Of a stretch of 64,000 nucleotides of DNA, positions 36,407 through 44,093 are shown in pieces. The translations under genes and the position numbers were made by a program. Within the stretch, counting starts at the first letter, position 1. Every line of letters starts with the position of its first letter. Origin of the DNA: Limnohabitans sp. (GTDB lineage Bacteria; Pseudomonadota; Gammaproteobacteria; Burkholderiales; Burkholderiaceae_C); contig NZ_JAAVVW010000002.1 of the NCBI RefSeq assembly GCF_023910625.1, forward strand, positions 294,024-358,023. The letters run 5' to 3'. The notes under the pieces were generated by a model, which was not told the DNA's origin, searched no databases, and saw only the letters and a list, made by a program, of their open reading frames with translations.

Positions 36407-37318
36407 ATGAGCAATGTAAAACTTGAAACACTGAGCGCTGGCAAGAAGACGCTAAGCTCGGGCGGCGTTGATTTTGAGGTGACAGCTTTCAGCGCAAGCG
36501 AGGTGGAAGCCGTGTCTGCCAGAACCGGAAACTACATGTACGCCAGGGCCGCAGATCGGGTTTTTGCCATGGCAAAAGACCTCAACAACAACGGGAAACT
36601 CGACTCGGGAGACTCCGTTATCTACAGCTTTGGGGATCCCCACTTCAATCAGGTGACGCTGACCGGCAATGAGGGATCAAGTCTTAAGGACATCGTTGCG
36701 TTCTGCGGCTATGCCACTGACTTCGATGTGCAGTCAAACTACATTCTGCACACCAAAGATGCACAGGCGTTGGTTGACACGGAGGTGCTTTCGGAAACCT
36801 ATACCATGAACGACAAAATCACCTGGGAGGTAGCTGGCGAAAATGGTCGCAAGGGTGCCATATCGTTAGATTTCAATGCCGATGGTGGCATCGACCTGGG
36901 CACCGGACAGCTGGTCACCCAACAAAGCCTTGCGGCGGACGCAAGCGGCGACGCAACGGTTGACCTGTTTTACGACCCTGACCGGTCAGGGCTTGTGTTT
37001 ACCAAGGCAGCAGATGGACGCAAGGCAGCTATAGAAGACGGGGCATTCATCAACCGGGCGGGGCAAGAGATAAACAAAAAGCTGGTCTTGGCAGCCAAGG
37101 GGGAGTTCCAAGAGTCACGCGGGGCATATTTTGGGGTTGGAAATCATGAGGGTGCTGTTGTAGAGCCAGCCACAAACGAAAAGGCAAAAAATAAGGTGAA
37201 CATGCAGCTAGAGGTGTCGCAGTTCAACAAAGAAGACCCGGACGAGGATGAGGAGGCGCAAGAAGAAGCCTTCCAATTGAACTTGAGCCTGAGCTCGAAC
37301 AAGTCAAAAGCGACCTAA
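36407..37318 (+). CDS. Candidate T3SS effector with an EF-hand-like loop and a GDPH self-cleavage-type motif
   Basis: 303 aa. DLNNNGKLDSGD (a Dx[DN]x[DN]G-type Ca loop) sits 7 aa before SFGDPHFNQ. Acidic C-tail EDPDEDEEAQEEAF. Preceded by its own sigma-54 promoter. Confidence 0.6.
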   Translation: MSNVKLETLSAGKKTLSSGGVDFEVTAFSASEVEAVSARTGNYMYARAADRVFAMAKDLNNNGKLDSGDSVIYSFGDPHFNQVTLTGNEGSSLKDIVAFCGYATDFDVQSNYILHTKDAQALVDTEVLSETYTMNDKITWEVAGENGRKGAISLDFNADGGIDLGTGQLVTQQSLAADASGDATVDLFYDPDRSGLVFTKAADGRKAAIEDGAFINRAGQEINKKLVLAAKGEFQESRGAYFGVGNHEGAVVEPATNEKAKNKVNMQLEVSQFNKEDPDEDEEAQEEAFQLNLSLSSNKSKAT

Positions 37319-37368
37319 GAACTCAACATCAACCTGAGGCAATTTGACAAATTCACCGCGCGTGAAAT

Positions 37369-37392
37369 AGACCCCCACGTAGACCCCCACGT
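37369..37392 (+). repeat. Two perfect tandem copies of the 12-bp unit TAGACCCCCACG
   Basis: AAATAGACCCCCACG TAGACCCCCACG TCAAATAG, in the intergenic region upstream of the small ORF and needle-like gene. Confidence 0.85.
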
Positions 37393-37421
37393 CAAATAGG
37401 CCAGGTTGCGAACAAGTTTAG

Positions 37422-37667
37422 GTGATGAAAAAGTTTCCCAGTCACGGCATTTTGGAGGTCACCGACATGGAGCGCAGGTTTCGTTCGGACCCGAAGAATG
37501 TCTTAAAGGAAATTTCAAAAAAACTTGGCGAGAAAATAGAGTCTGCACAAAACAGCCCTCAGGACAACCGAGGGCTAAGGCGGATAGATCTGCTTCGTCT
37601 CGCCAACCAAAGAGTCATCGCCTTATCAAAGGCTTTGAAAGCGCCAGTGTCGATTAAAAGACACTAG
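37422..37667 (+). CDS. Small basic hypothetical protein (66-81 aa)
   Basis: ORF with alternative starts (MMKKF... at 37422, MERRF... at 37467). Lys/Arg-rich and helical. No recognisable motif. Confidence 0.3.
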   Translation: MMKKFPSHGILEVTDMERRFRSDPKNVLKEISKKLGEKIESAQNSPQDNRGLRRIDLLRLANQRVIALSKALKAPVSIKRH

Positions 37668-37714
37668 CGCAGTGTTTTCAGTGTGTGTTCAACTCAACTT
37701 CTAAAGGTGTAAAT

Positions 37715-38170
37715 ATGTCTAATACTGCCCAACTATCCGCAACAACCACAGCAAACGGCACGCAACTTTTGACGAATACTGAAAGGGTGAATGGGATAGC
37801 CGTGACTCAGTACGAGTCTGTAACGCAGAACTTGCTAAATGGCGATATCGCAGTCGCAACGACTGTAGCGGCTCGCACCGCAGACGTAGCAATCAAACAA
37901 GCAAAGGATATTACTCTTGCGGCCAAAGCACGGATGGATCCGGTTTGGCAAAAAGACGCAAACGGCAACGATATGAGAGATGCAGCTGGCCAAAAAATAC
38001 CCGTGATGGATATGAAAACCAATAGACAAGTGGTTGAACAGGGCGATTTGACCAACGCCGACATCAATGACATTAACCTGTTGAACAAACAGGCCTCCAT
38101 TGCGATGGCGATGAATCAGTCATTCACTTCCTTGTTGAACAAAATTGAGCGGACGGTTGCTACCCAGTGA
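37715..38170 (+). CDS. Candidate needle/pilus-type filament protein (SctF/EspA-like), 151 aa
   Basis: Cys-free, no TM, polar N-terminus (MSNTAQLSATTTANGTQ). The C-terminal amphipathic helix ...DINLLNKQASIAMAMNQSFTSLLNKIERTVATQ resembles needle and filament C-termini. Located upstream of the chaperone-like ORF and sctI. Confidence 0.45.
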   Translation: MSNTAQLSATTTANGTQLLTNTERVNGIAVTQYESVTQNLLNGDIAVATTVAARTADVAIKQAKDITLAAKARMDPVWQKDANGNDMRDAAGQKIPVMDMKTNRQVVEQGDLTNADINDINLLNKQASIAMAMNQSFTSLLNKIERTVATQ

Positions 38171-38253
38171 TAGAAGATGGCTTTGCGAGAATTGACTTTT
38201 GTTGATTTTTGCAAGGCCGCAGTCTGAAGATCGTCGGCTGACCGGATGCATTT

Positions 38254-38649
38254 ATGCAAGAAGATGAAACCCTGCTGTCGGACTTGGCTTGCCTTTTCGC
38301 CAATATCGGGCAAGGCGGCACCAGTTTAAAAATACTGGAGGGCTTGGCTGAGTTGACGGGCAGCAAGATTTACTTTGCTTACGCAGCGCACGTTAAAAGC
38401 AGGTACTTCAAAGGCACTGCATCGGTTGGATTGAATTATCTTTTTGGCAAACTGGGGGCGCAGGTTTTTTCTGAGTACACCCTGATCATGTTGATGATTC
38501 CTTTGCTTCTGAGGGTGGCGCGGTTCAAGGCCGCGCTGGGTTGCGTAAGGGTGCTGATCAACGCGCGCAATCCAGCGCTCAGGCAAGCGGCACTGGGGCT
38601 CAATGCCTCTATCCGAGAGATGCTTCAGTCGCCCCAAGCAGTCGTCTAA
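38254..38649 (+). CDS. Hypothetical protein, possible T3SS chaperone (assigned by position only)
   Basis: 131 aa helical ORF between the filament-like gene and sctI. No motif recognised. Confidence 0.3.
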   Translation: MQEDETLLSDLACLFANIGQGGTSLKILEGLAELTGSKIYFAYAAHVKSRYFKGTASVGLNYLFGKLGAQVFSEYTLIMLMIPLLLRVARFKAALGCVRVLINARNPALRQAALGLNASIREMLQSPQAVV

Positions 38650-38710
38650 CGGTAAAAAAACGGCTTGTCTCTGCGCTGAAGGGCCAAGAGCAAGTCACTC
38701 GGAGGTATCT

Positions 38711-39103
38711 ATGTTCGATTCAATTGCCGGTGTTGCTGCCGTGGGCAATGCCGCAGGCGCGGCCGGTGCAGCGGCCAGCCCGTCCGCTGATGGTGGCCTG
38801 TCTGCTCTGCGCGGTCAAAGTGTGGATGCGGGACGCCAGGCCGACCTTGCTCGCCAAGTGAAATTGGAGGGCACAGACGAGGTGAGCATGTTGGGCCTCA
38901 ATGGCGCGCCGAGCGCCATGAACCAACCCTTGTTTGCTATCAGCTCCATCATGAACAAGCCAGACGGCCCCAACATGGAGGATATGGTGAATTTGCAACT
39001 GGGCCTGATGAACTACAGCATGTCCATGACCATCATGACCCAATCGCACAAGAAGATCAGCGAGTCCAAATCGGCGCTGATGAATGAAGGCAAGAACGCC
39101 TAG
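38711..39103 (+). CDS. sctI: T3SS inner rod protein SctI-like
   Basis: GGAGG RBS 6 nt upstream. 130 aa. Ala/Gly-rich N-terminus and C-terminal ...EDMVNLQLGLMNYSMSMTIMTQSHKKISESKSALM, like YscI/EscI/PrgJ. Immediately upstream of sctJ. Confidence 0.6.
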   Translation: MFDSIAGVAAVGNAAGAAGAAASPSADGGLSALRGQSVDAGRQADLARQVKLEGTDEVSMLGLNGAPSAMNQPLFAISSIMNKPDGPNMEDMVNLQLGLMNYSMSMTIMTQSHKKISESKSALMNEGKNA

Positions 39104-39124
39104 TGGTTTGACAAGGGCCATCCA

Positions 39125-39913
39125 GTGTCAGCCATGCGCCTTCCTTCGTGTTTTCAATGTGTACTGGCTTGCACAGTTGCATTGCTGCTTGCCGGCTGCT
39201 CCATGCAACTGCACCAGGACCTTTCTGAGCCCGAGGCCAACATGATCATCAGCGCGCTGAAGGTGTCGGGCATTGACGCCAGCAAGCAACCGATGAAAGA
39301 CAAAAAGTGGGCCGTGACGGTGGCTGAGTCTGACTTTGCGCCAGCGGTGTTGATTCTGCGTGACCACAACCTGCCACCAGCACCCTTTAACGGCTTGGGC
39401 CAGGTGTTCAAGCGCGAGGGCATGCTGGCGACACCGACCGAAGAGCGTGCCAGGTTAATGCATGCCGTGTCTGAAGAATTGATGCGAACCATCCGCTCTT
39501 TTGATGGGGTGGTTGATGCACGGGTGCATGTGGTGGTGCCATCAACCGAGGCGCTGATCGACAAGGTGCAGCCGGCGTCTGCATCCGTTCTCGTCAAGAC
39601 GCTGCCGGACTTTGAACTTAAAGACGCCGTGACAGACATCAGGGCGCTGGTGGTGAACGCGGTAGAAGGGCTGGACCCTGGCAGGGTGTCTATCGTGCTG
39701 GTGCCGGTTGATGTGCGCAGGCAACTCAAAATGGCACCGGCCACCAGCGACGCAACCCAACTTTATGCGGCGGGTTTTGCAGGCATGGCATTGACTGCCT
39801 TGCTCATAGGGCTTGCCATGCTGGTACGTAGGCGCAGGCTCAGCGCATTGAACAACCAAGGAAAAGCCGCCACCCAAGCGCCTGATGCTGCGAATGCGGT
39901 GCGGTCAGCTTGA
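39125..39913 (+). CDS. sctJ: T3SS inner-membrane ring lipoprotein SctJ (YscJ/HrcJ/EscJ)
   Basis: Lipobox LLLAGC. ...LHQDLSEPEANMIISALKVSGIDASK...FDGVVDARVHVVVP... is the YscJ/FliF-type signature. C-terminal TM. The start may be the ATG at 39134. Confidence 0.9.
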   Translation: MSAMRLPSCFQCVLACTVALLLAGCSMQLHQDLSEPEANMIISALKVSGIDASKQPMKDKKWAVTVAESDFAPAVLILRDHNLPPAPFNGLGQVFKREGMLATPTEERARLMHAVSEELMRTIRSFDGVVDARVHVVVPSTEALIDKVQPASASVLVKTLPDFELKDAVTDIRALVVNAVEGLDPGRVSIVLVPVDVRRQLKMAPATSDATQLYAAGFAGMALTALLIGLAMLVRRRRLSALNNQGKAATQAPDAANAVRSA

Positions 39914-40581
39914 CCGGCCTGAAAGGCAAAGGCATGACCCATGTAAACTCTGGCGGCGACAGGCTCATGAGCAAGGCATCTGACAATCGCCGCGCAAGGG
40001 CCAAGCGCACACTGCTTCGCCTTGCCATGGGGTGGCAGGCCGACTATGGCCAGCAGGCGGACTCTGAAGCTGTGTCGGCAGACCGACCGGTGAAACTGCT
40101 GGGGCAAAACCGGGCTGAAAGGATTCGCCTCAAGCACCAGGCACTTTCGCTTGAACTGTGTGCATTGGGCCCACCGAGCACTTTTGAGCCCGCGTGGTGG
40201 TGGGAGCCATCAAAGTTTGCAGCATTTACGGACTCTTTGGCCATCACCCTCAGAGCGCCCAGGGTACGAGGTGCCATTCGCCGGTCCAGCGTACTGCAGT
40301 TGGTCAAAGAATTGGGCAACGAGGGCTTTGAAAAAGCCCTGGCCGTGCCGGAGAGTTTTTCTTATCTGGCAGAAACATCCAGACCCGCACCGCCGGATGC
40401 CAAGGTACAACCGGCCTTGCTATTGGCCCTTTCAGCCATTCGTCGGCAAAGCCCTCTGCTGGGCGCGCGTCTGGCCACCCTGCACCTTGGCCCGCACGGG
40501 CCGGGCATGCTGCACGAAATGGTGGACATACGGGCAGCCAACCTGCTCGACACGCTCGCGGCAGAGGCGGCCTTGACCTGA
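39910..40581 (+). CDS. SctK-like sorting-platform protein (assigned mainly by position)
   Basis: About 200-223 aa soluble protein directly after sctJ, as for yscK/hrpD/orgA. No strong motif. Start ambiguous (TTG 39910, ATG 39934 or ATG 39967). Confidence 0.35.
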   Translation: MTGLKGKGMTHVNSGGDRLMSKASDNRRARAKRTLLRLAMGWQADYGQQADSEAVSADRPVKLLGQNRAERIRLKHQALSLELCALGPPSTFEPAWWWEPSKFAAFTDSLAITLRAPRVRGAIRRSSVLQLVKELGNEGFEKALAVPESFSYLAETSRPAPPDAKVQPALLLALSAIRRQSPLLGARLATLHLGPHGPGMLHEMVDIRAANLLDTLAAEAALT

Positions 40582-40635
40582 GGCGCTGGCACACATGCTG
40601 TTGCTCAACCACGACCCTCAACGCCGGAGCCAACC

Positions 40636-42156
40636 ATGAATTCTTTATTTTCGCTTTTGGGCGCTCTGTTGGCGATTGGCATGCTGGGGCTGTTGTTGGG
40701 TAGCGTCATGCCCAAGCTCAAGCACGTGTCGCAATCGCTGGCGGCCATGTGGCACCGTCCGGGCGCACGCCTGATGCTCCTGGTGATGGCCATCGGCCTG
40801 GCCGTCACAGCTTTGGCAAGTGCGCTGCGGGCCAGCGGCGTGACATTACTGGCCATACCAACTCCGCGCCTTTCTGCAGGATTAAGCATACAGGCTGAGG
40901 CTTTCACTTTACCAGTGGTGCTGCTTTATCTTGTGGTGGGGCTGACTGGCTTGTTCGTTCTGCTTTTTGCGCTACGCGCCCTTGCGATCAAAAAGCAGCT
41001 GACCCGAGTCATTGGCGCGTTGTCGCTTGCGCGGGCTGGCAGTGCGGCAGGCACGCCTGAACAGATTGGCAGCAGCTTCAGCTGGCACGTGCTCAAGGGC
41101 CCATGGCAAAACTACAGCGCCACATTGGTCGCAACCACGGCTTCGCCAAAACCAGACACGGTGTGGCGGGCGGCCATACCGTCGGGGTTTTTCTTTTCGA
41201 GAGATGCGCTGATTGACGACTGGCTCATGGACAGCTTTGGCCGTCACCTGCCGGGCATATTGACTGGCCTGGGCATTGTTGGCACCTTCGCAGGCATGCT
41301 GGAGGCCCTGAGCCAGTTTGACCCATCCACAGCAGAGTCAGCTGCACTGGGTTTGAAAGGATTGCTCTCGGGTGTTAGCCATGCGTTTGTTGCGTCAATG
41401 GGTGCTATCAGTTGCGCCATCTTTGTGACCGCGTTGTCGCGTATGGTGATTGCCCATGTCCAAAAAAATGCCGAAAAAATGACTGCCGAGCTTGACCGGC
41501 TGTATCCCGCCGGTGCCGGGGAAAGTCAAATGAGCGACCTATACGCCAATTTGAATGCCTCGCACCTGGCTGGCCGGCCTGATGAAGCGCTGACGCAGCA
41601 GCTGCTGCAACGGCTTGTAGAGCAGATGACCCAAAGCCACCATCAATCATCGCAAGCGCTTGCAGACCTTGAAAGAAAACAGCAATTTTTTGAAGAGCGC
41701 TTGCTTCACTGCATAGAAAACGCGTTTGCCAGCCTTGCTACATTGCCAAACAGCGTATTGCGCAATACGGCGCAGTCCGCAAGCCAGCCCGCCTGGCTCG
41801 GCGAAGGTGTGGACAGGGGCGGGAGTCCAGTGCCCAAAGCTTTGTCGGCGATAGGACGACCCTCAAAGCTGAGCGCTGCCAGAACATCATCTGCTGACAG
41901 TCACAACACGGGTTACAGAACCCTTGAAGACCTGTCGGCAATGGATGAAACCACTGAAACGTCAGACACACAGTCGATGCAGGGGATGGACGACTTTGAC
42001 GATTCGCATCTGCAAGCCGACTTTGAACAGCGTATTGTGTTTTCAATCAACCGCAAGCTGGACCGTGGTTTCGCGCGCATTGAAAGCAAACTTGATAACG
42101 AGTTGCGCAGAACCTTAACACCCGAAGCCATACCCGAAGCCATGGCAGAGGGCTGA
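40636..42156 (+). CDS. MotA/TolQ/ExbB-family proton-channel protein with a long C-terminal tail (ZorA-like architecture)
   Basis: 506 aa. 3 N-terminal TM segments. Channel helices LPGILTGLGIVGTFAGMLEAL and GVSHAFVASMGAISCAIFVTALS. Then about 220 aa of helical/acidic tail (…LVEQMTQSHHQSSQALADLERKQQFFEERL…). Confidence 0.7.
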   Translation: MNSLFSLLGALLAIGMLGLLLGSVMPKLKHVSQSLAAMWHRPGARLMLLVMAIGLAVTALASALRASGVTLLAIPTPRLSAGLSIQAEAFTLPVVLLYLVVGLTGLFVLLFALRALAIKKQLTRVIGALSLARAGSAAGTPEQIGSSFSWHVLKGPWQNYSATLVATTASPKPDTVWRAAIPSGFFFSRDALIDDWLMDSFGRHLPGILTGLGIVGTFAGMLEALSQFDPSTAESAALGLKGLLSGVSHAFVASMGAISCAIFVTALSRMVIAHVQKNAEKMTAELDRLYPAGAGESQMSDLYANLNASHLAGRPDEALTQQLLQRLVEQMTQSHHQSSQALADLERKQQFFEERLLHCIENAFASLATLPNSVLRNTAQSASQPAWLGEGVDRGGSPVPKALSAIGRPSKLSAARTSSADSHNTGYRTLEDLSAMDETTETSDTQSMQGMDDFDDSHLQADFEQRIVFSINRKLDRGFARIESKLDNELRRTLTPEAIPEAMAEG

Positions 42157-42179
42157 AGCGCCGCCACGAGGCAATCACA

Positions 42180-42890
42180 ATGAAAGCACATTTCTCGCAA
42201 CGCCATGCAACCGCTTCAGGAGAAGATAACCCGTTCTGGATTTCTTATTCAGACCTGATGACGGCTGCCATGATCATCTTCATGACCATCATGGCCATCA
42301 CCATGGCGCTGATTGGCAAGACGGCGCCCGCGCTTGCGGGCACTTACAGAACGCTTGCTGGCGCTGATGTGATGCGCGACATTGAGCTGGCATCCAAAAG
42401 ATATCCAGGCATTGCGGTGGACGTCAAGACCGGTGTTATCGACATCGGCGAGTTGGTTCGCTTTGGCAGAGGTCAAGCCGGCGTGAGCGCAGAGGCTGGC
42501 GCTACTTTGCGTGAATTCGTCAAAGAAGTGCTGGCGCAGCGCAATGCAACCACCAAAGCAGGACACATCAAAAACATTGTTGTCGAGGGCTATGCCGACC
42601 AGGATGGCGCCTACCTTTACAACCTGTCTCTTAGTCTGAACAGAAGCCGCAACGTGGTTTGCGCGCTTCTTGATACTTCGGCACAAACTGCGGTACTTGA
42701 CGAGGGCGATAAAAACACCCTGCGCCAACTGCTGATGGTTGGCGGATTTTCTTCAAACAGCCTCAGGGAATCCAAGGAGTCAAGTCGCCGGGTCGAAATG
42801 AAGTTTGTTTTCGCATCGGCCAACGAAGCGCCGTTGCCTGCCCGACCTGCGGCAAACCTCACAGAACTTGGCAGTTGCAACAAGGCCTAG
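42180..42890 (+). CDS. MotB/OmpA-family stator protein (plug/TM with a conserved Asp plus a peptidoglycan-binding domain)
   Basis: NPFWISYSDLMTAAMIIFM parallels E. coli MotB ...YADFMTAMMAFF (Asp32 region). The OmpA-like block is VVEGYADQDGAYLYNLSLSLNRSRNVVCALL. Confidence 0.8.
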   Translation: MKAHFSQRHATASGEDNPFWISYSDLMTAAMIIFMTIMAITMALIGKTAPALAGTYRTLAGADVMRDIELASKRYPGIAVDVKTGVIDIGELVRFGRGQAGVSAEAGATLREFVKEVLAQRNATTKAGHIKNIVVEGYADQDGAYLYNLSLSLNRSRNVVCALLDTSAQTAVLDEGDKNTLRQLLMVGGFSSNSLRESKESSRRVEMKFVFASANEAPLPARPAANLTELGSCNKA

Positions 42891-43008
42891 CGCGGCCAAC
42901 GTCGCCATGCAAGCAGCGCGCAGCCTCACAGCCTCACAGTCATTGAATGGCCCATCGACATGGATGCCGTCATCTACCAAGATGGCCGTTCTGTCTGACC
43001 CAACAGCC

Positions 43009-43584
43009 ATGAGCCGGAGCGAGACAACCAAGCGCAGGGGCGACCACCGACGCGCAGGCTTCAGGGTCGTGATTGGCAGTTTGGCCTTTTGGGCAAGCGC
43101 GTCCGTCAGTCTGGCCCAAAATCTGAACTGCGTCATGAGTGCGGCGCAGCATCATGGCGTGAATCACTGGGTTCTTTCTGGCATTCTCTGGCAAGAAAGC
43201 CGCTGGAAGGCCAATGCGGTGCGCGGCAACAGCAACGGCACAGTGGACTACGGCATCGCGCAAATCAACAGCGTACACCTGCCAGAGCTCAAAACCCACC
43301 GCATCCATGAAGACGATTTGATGGATGCCTGTGTTGGCACCTATGTTGCCGCCTGGCATCTGCGCAAGCAGATCGACAAATACGGCAACAACTGGTTTGC
43401 CGTGGGCGCCTACCACTCTGTGACGCCAGCACTCAACAGGCGGTACGCTCAAAGTGTCTGCAATGTGCTGTCGGGTTGGCAAAAAGGGGGCCGCGTGGCA
43501 ACAAAAGCCATCGACTGTGACAACATCACAACACGGCCACAGGGGGGTACAAAAGGCACCCCAGGACCACGGGCCCCGCCCTGA
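43009..43584 (+). CDS. T3SS-associated lytic transglycosylase (SLT domain; IagB/EtgA/HpaH-like)
   Basis: Signal peptide ...FRVVIGSLAFWASASVSLAQ. Catalytic LSGILWQESRWKANA. DYGIAQINS. AVGAYHS. The start could instead be 42907, 42964 or 42982. Confidence 0.85.
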   Translation: MSRSETTKRRGDHRRAGFRVVIGSLAFWASASVSLAQNLNCVMSAAQHHGVNHWVLSGILWQESRWKANAVRGNSNGTVDYGIAQINSVHLPELKTHRIHEDDLMDACVGTYVAAWHLRKQIDKYGNNWFAVGAYHSVTPALNRRYAQSVCNVLSGWQKGGRVATKAIDCDNITTRPQGGTKGTPGPRAPP

Positions 43585-43963
43585 AGGCGTTCAGGCCTTC
43601 GCCACGCCAAGCGGCTGACCGCCAAACACCGCCGCCCGCAAACGGCTCAATGCCCCATTGCATTTCTAAAGTTGAGCCCACGGACTCAGGACATCGTTAG
43701 TCGCCCCTGAGAAATTCATTTTCACGCCAGCGCCAAACGTGCGCCGATCTTGGTCCATTGGCTATCCATATGGGCGTTTTGAGCATTGGGAATGACCCTG
43801 AAAGCTGGCATTCATGCGGGTTTCAGGGGTTTGTCAGGGTCGACTCCTGATCTCCTTTTAAATCCAGCAGCTTGATCGCGTTCCGGTGGCGCGGGGAAGG
43901 ACGGGGTTCGTAGCCCGCTTACAAAAGAACAGCGCTCAGAAAAGGGAAAACCCTTAGCAAAAG

Positions 43964-43979
43964 TGGCATGGTCTATGCA
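43964..43979 (+). promoter_or_regulatory. Sigma-54 (-24/-12) promoter upstream of the 309-aa candidate effector gene
   Basis: TGGCATG-GTCT-ATGCA with GG-N10-GC spacing, about 115 nt upstream of the ATG at 44094. Confidence 0.6.
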
Positions 43980-44093
43980 TTTATTCTGCCGATGCCAGTC
44001 ATCATTTTTTCAACGAAGTAACACCTTGCACATCGTGTAGTCCATGCTGGAGACTACCTGCGGGGCACTCATTTTTTATGAAAGAGAACCACT

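Noticed and set aside
40636-42890. Interpretation as a bona fide Zorya anti-phage system.
   Set aside because: No ZorC/ZorD or ZorE-like genes follow. The pair is flanked on both sides by T3SS genes on the same strand. The ZorAB-like architecture is noted in the finding, but the system is not called Zorya.
43880-43925. tRNA-like T-arm (…GGGGTTCGTAGCCCGC…) that could have marked an integration site.
   Set aside because: The flanking bases do not form a 5-bp T-stem, and no acceptor, D or anticodon arms can be drawn.
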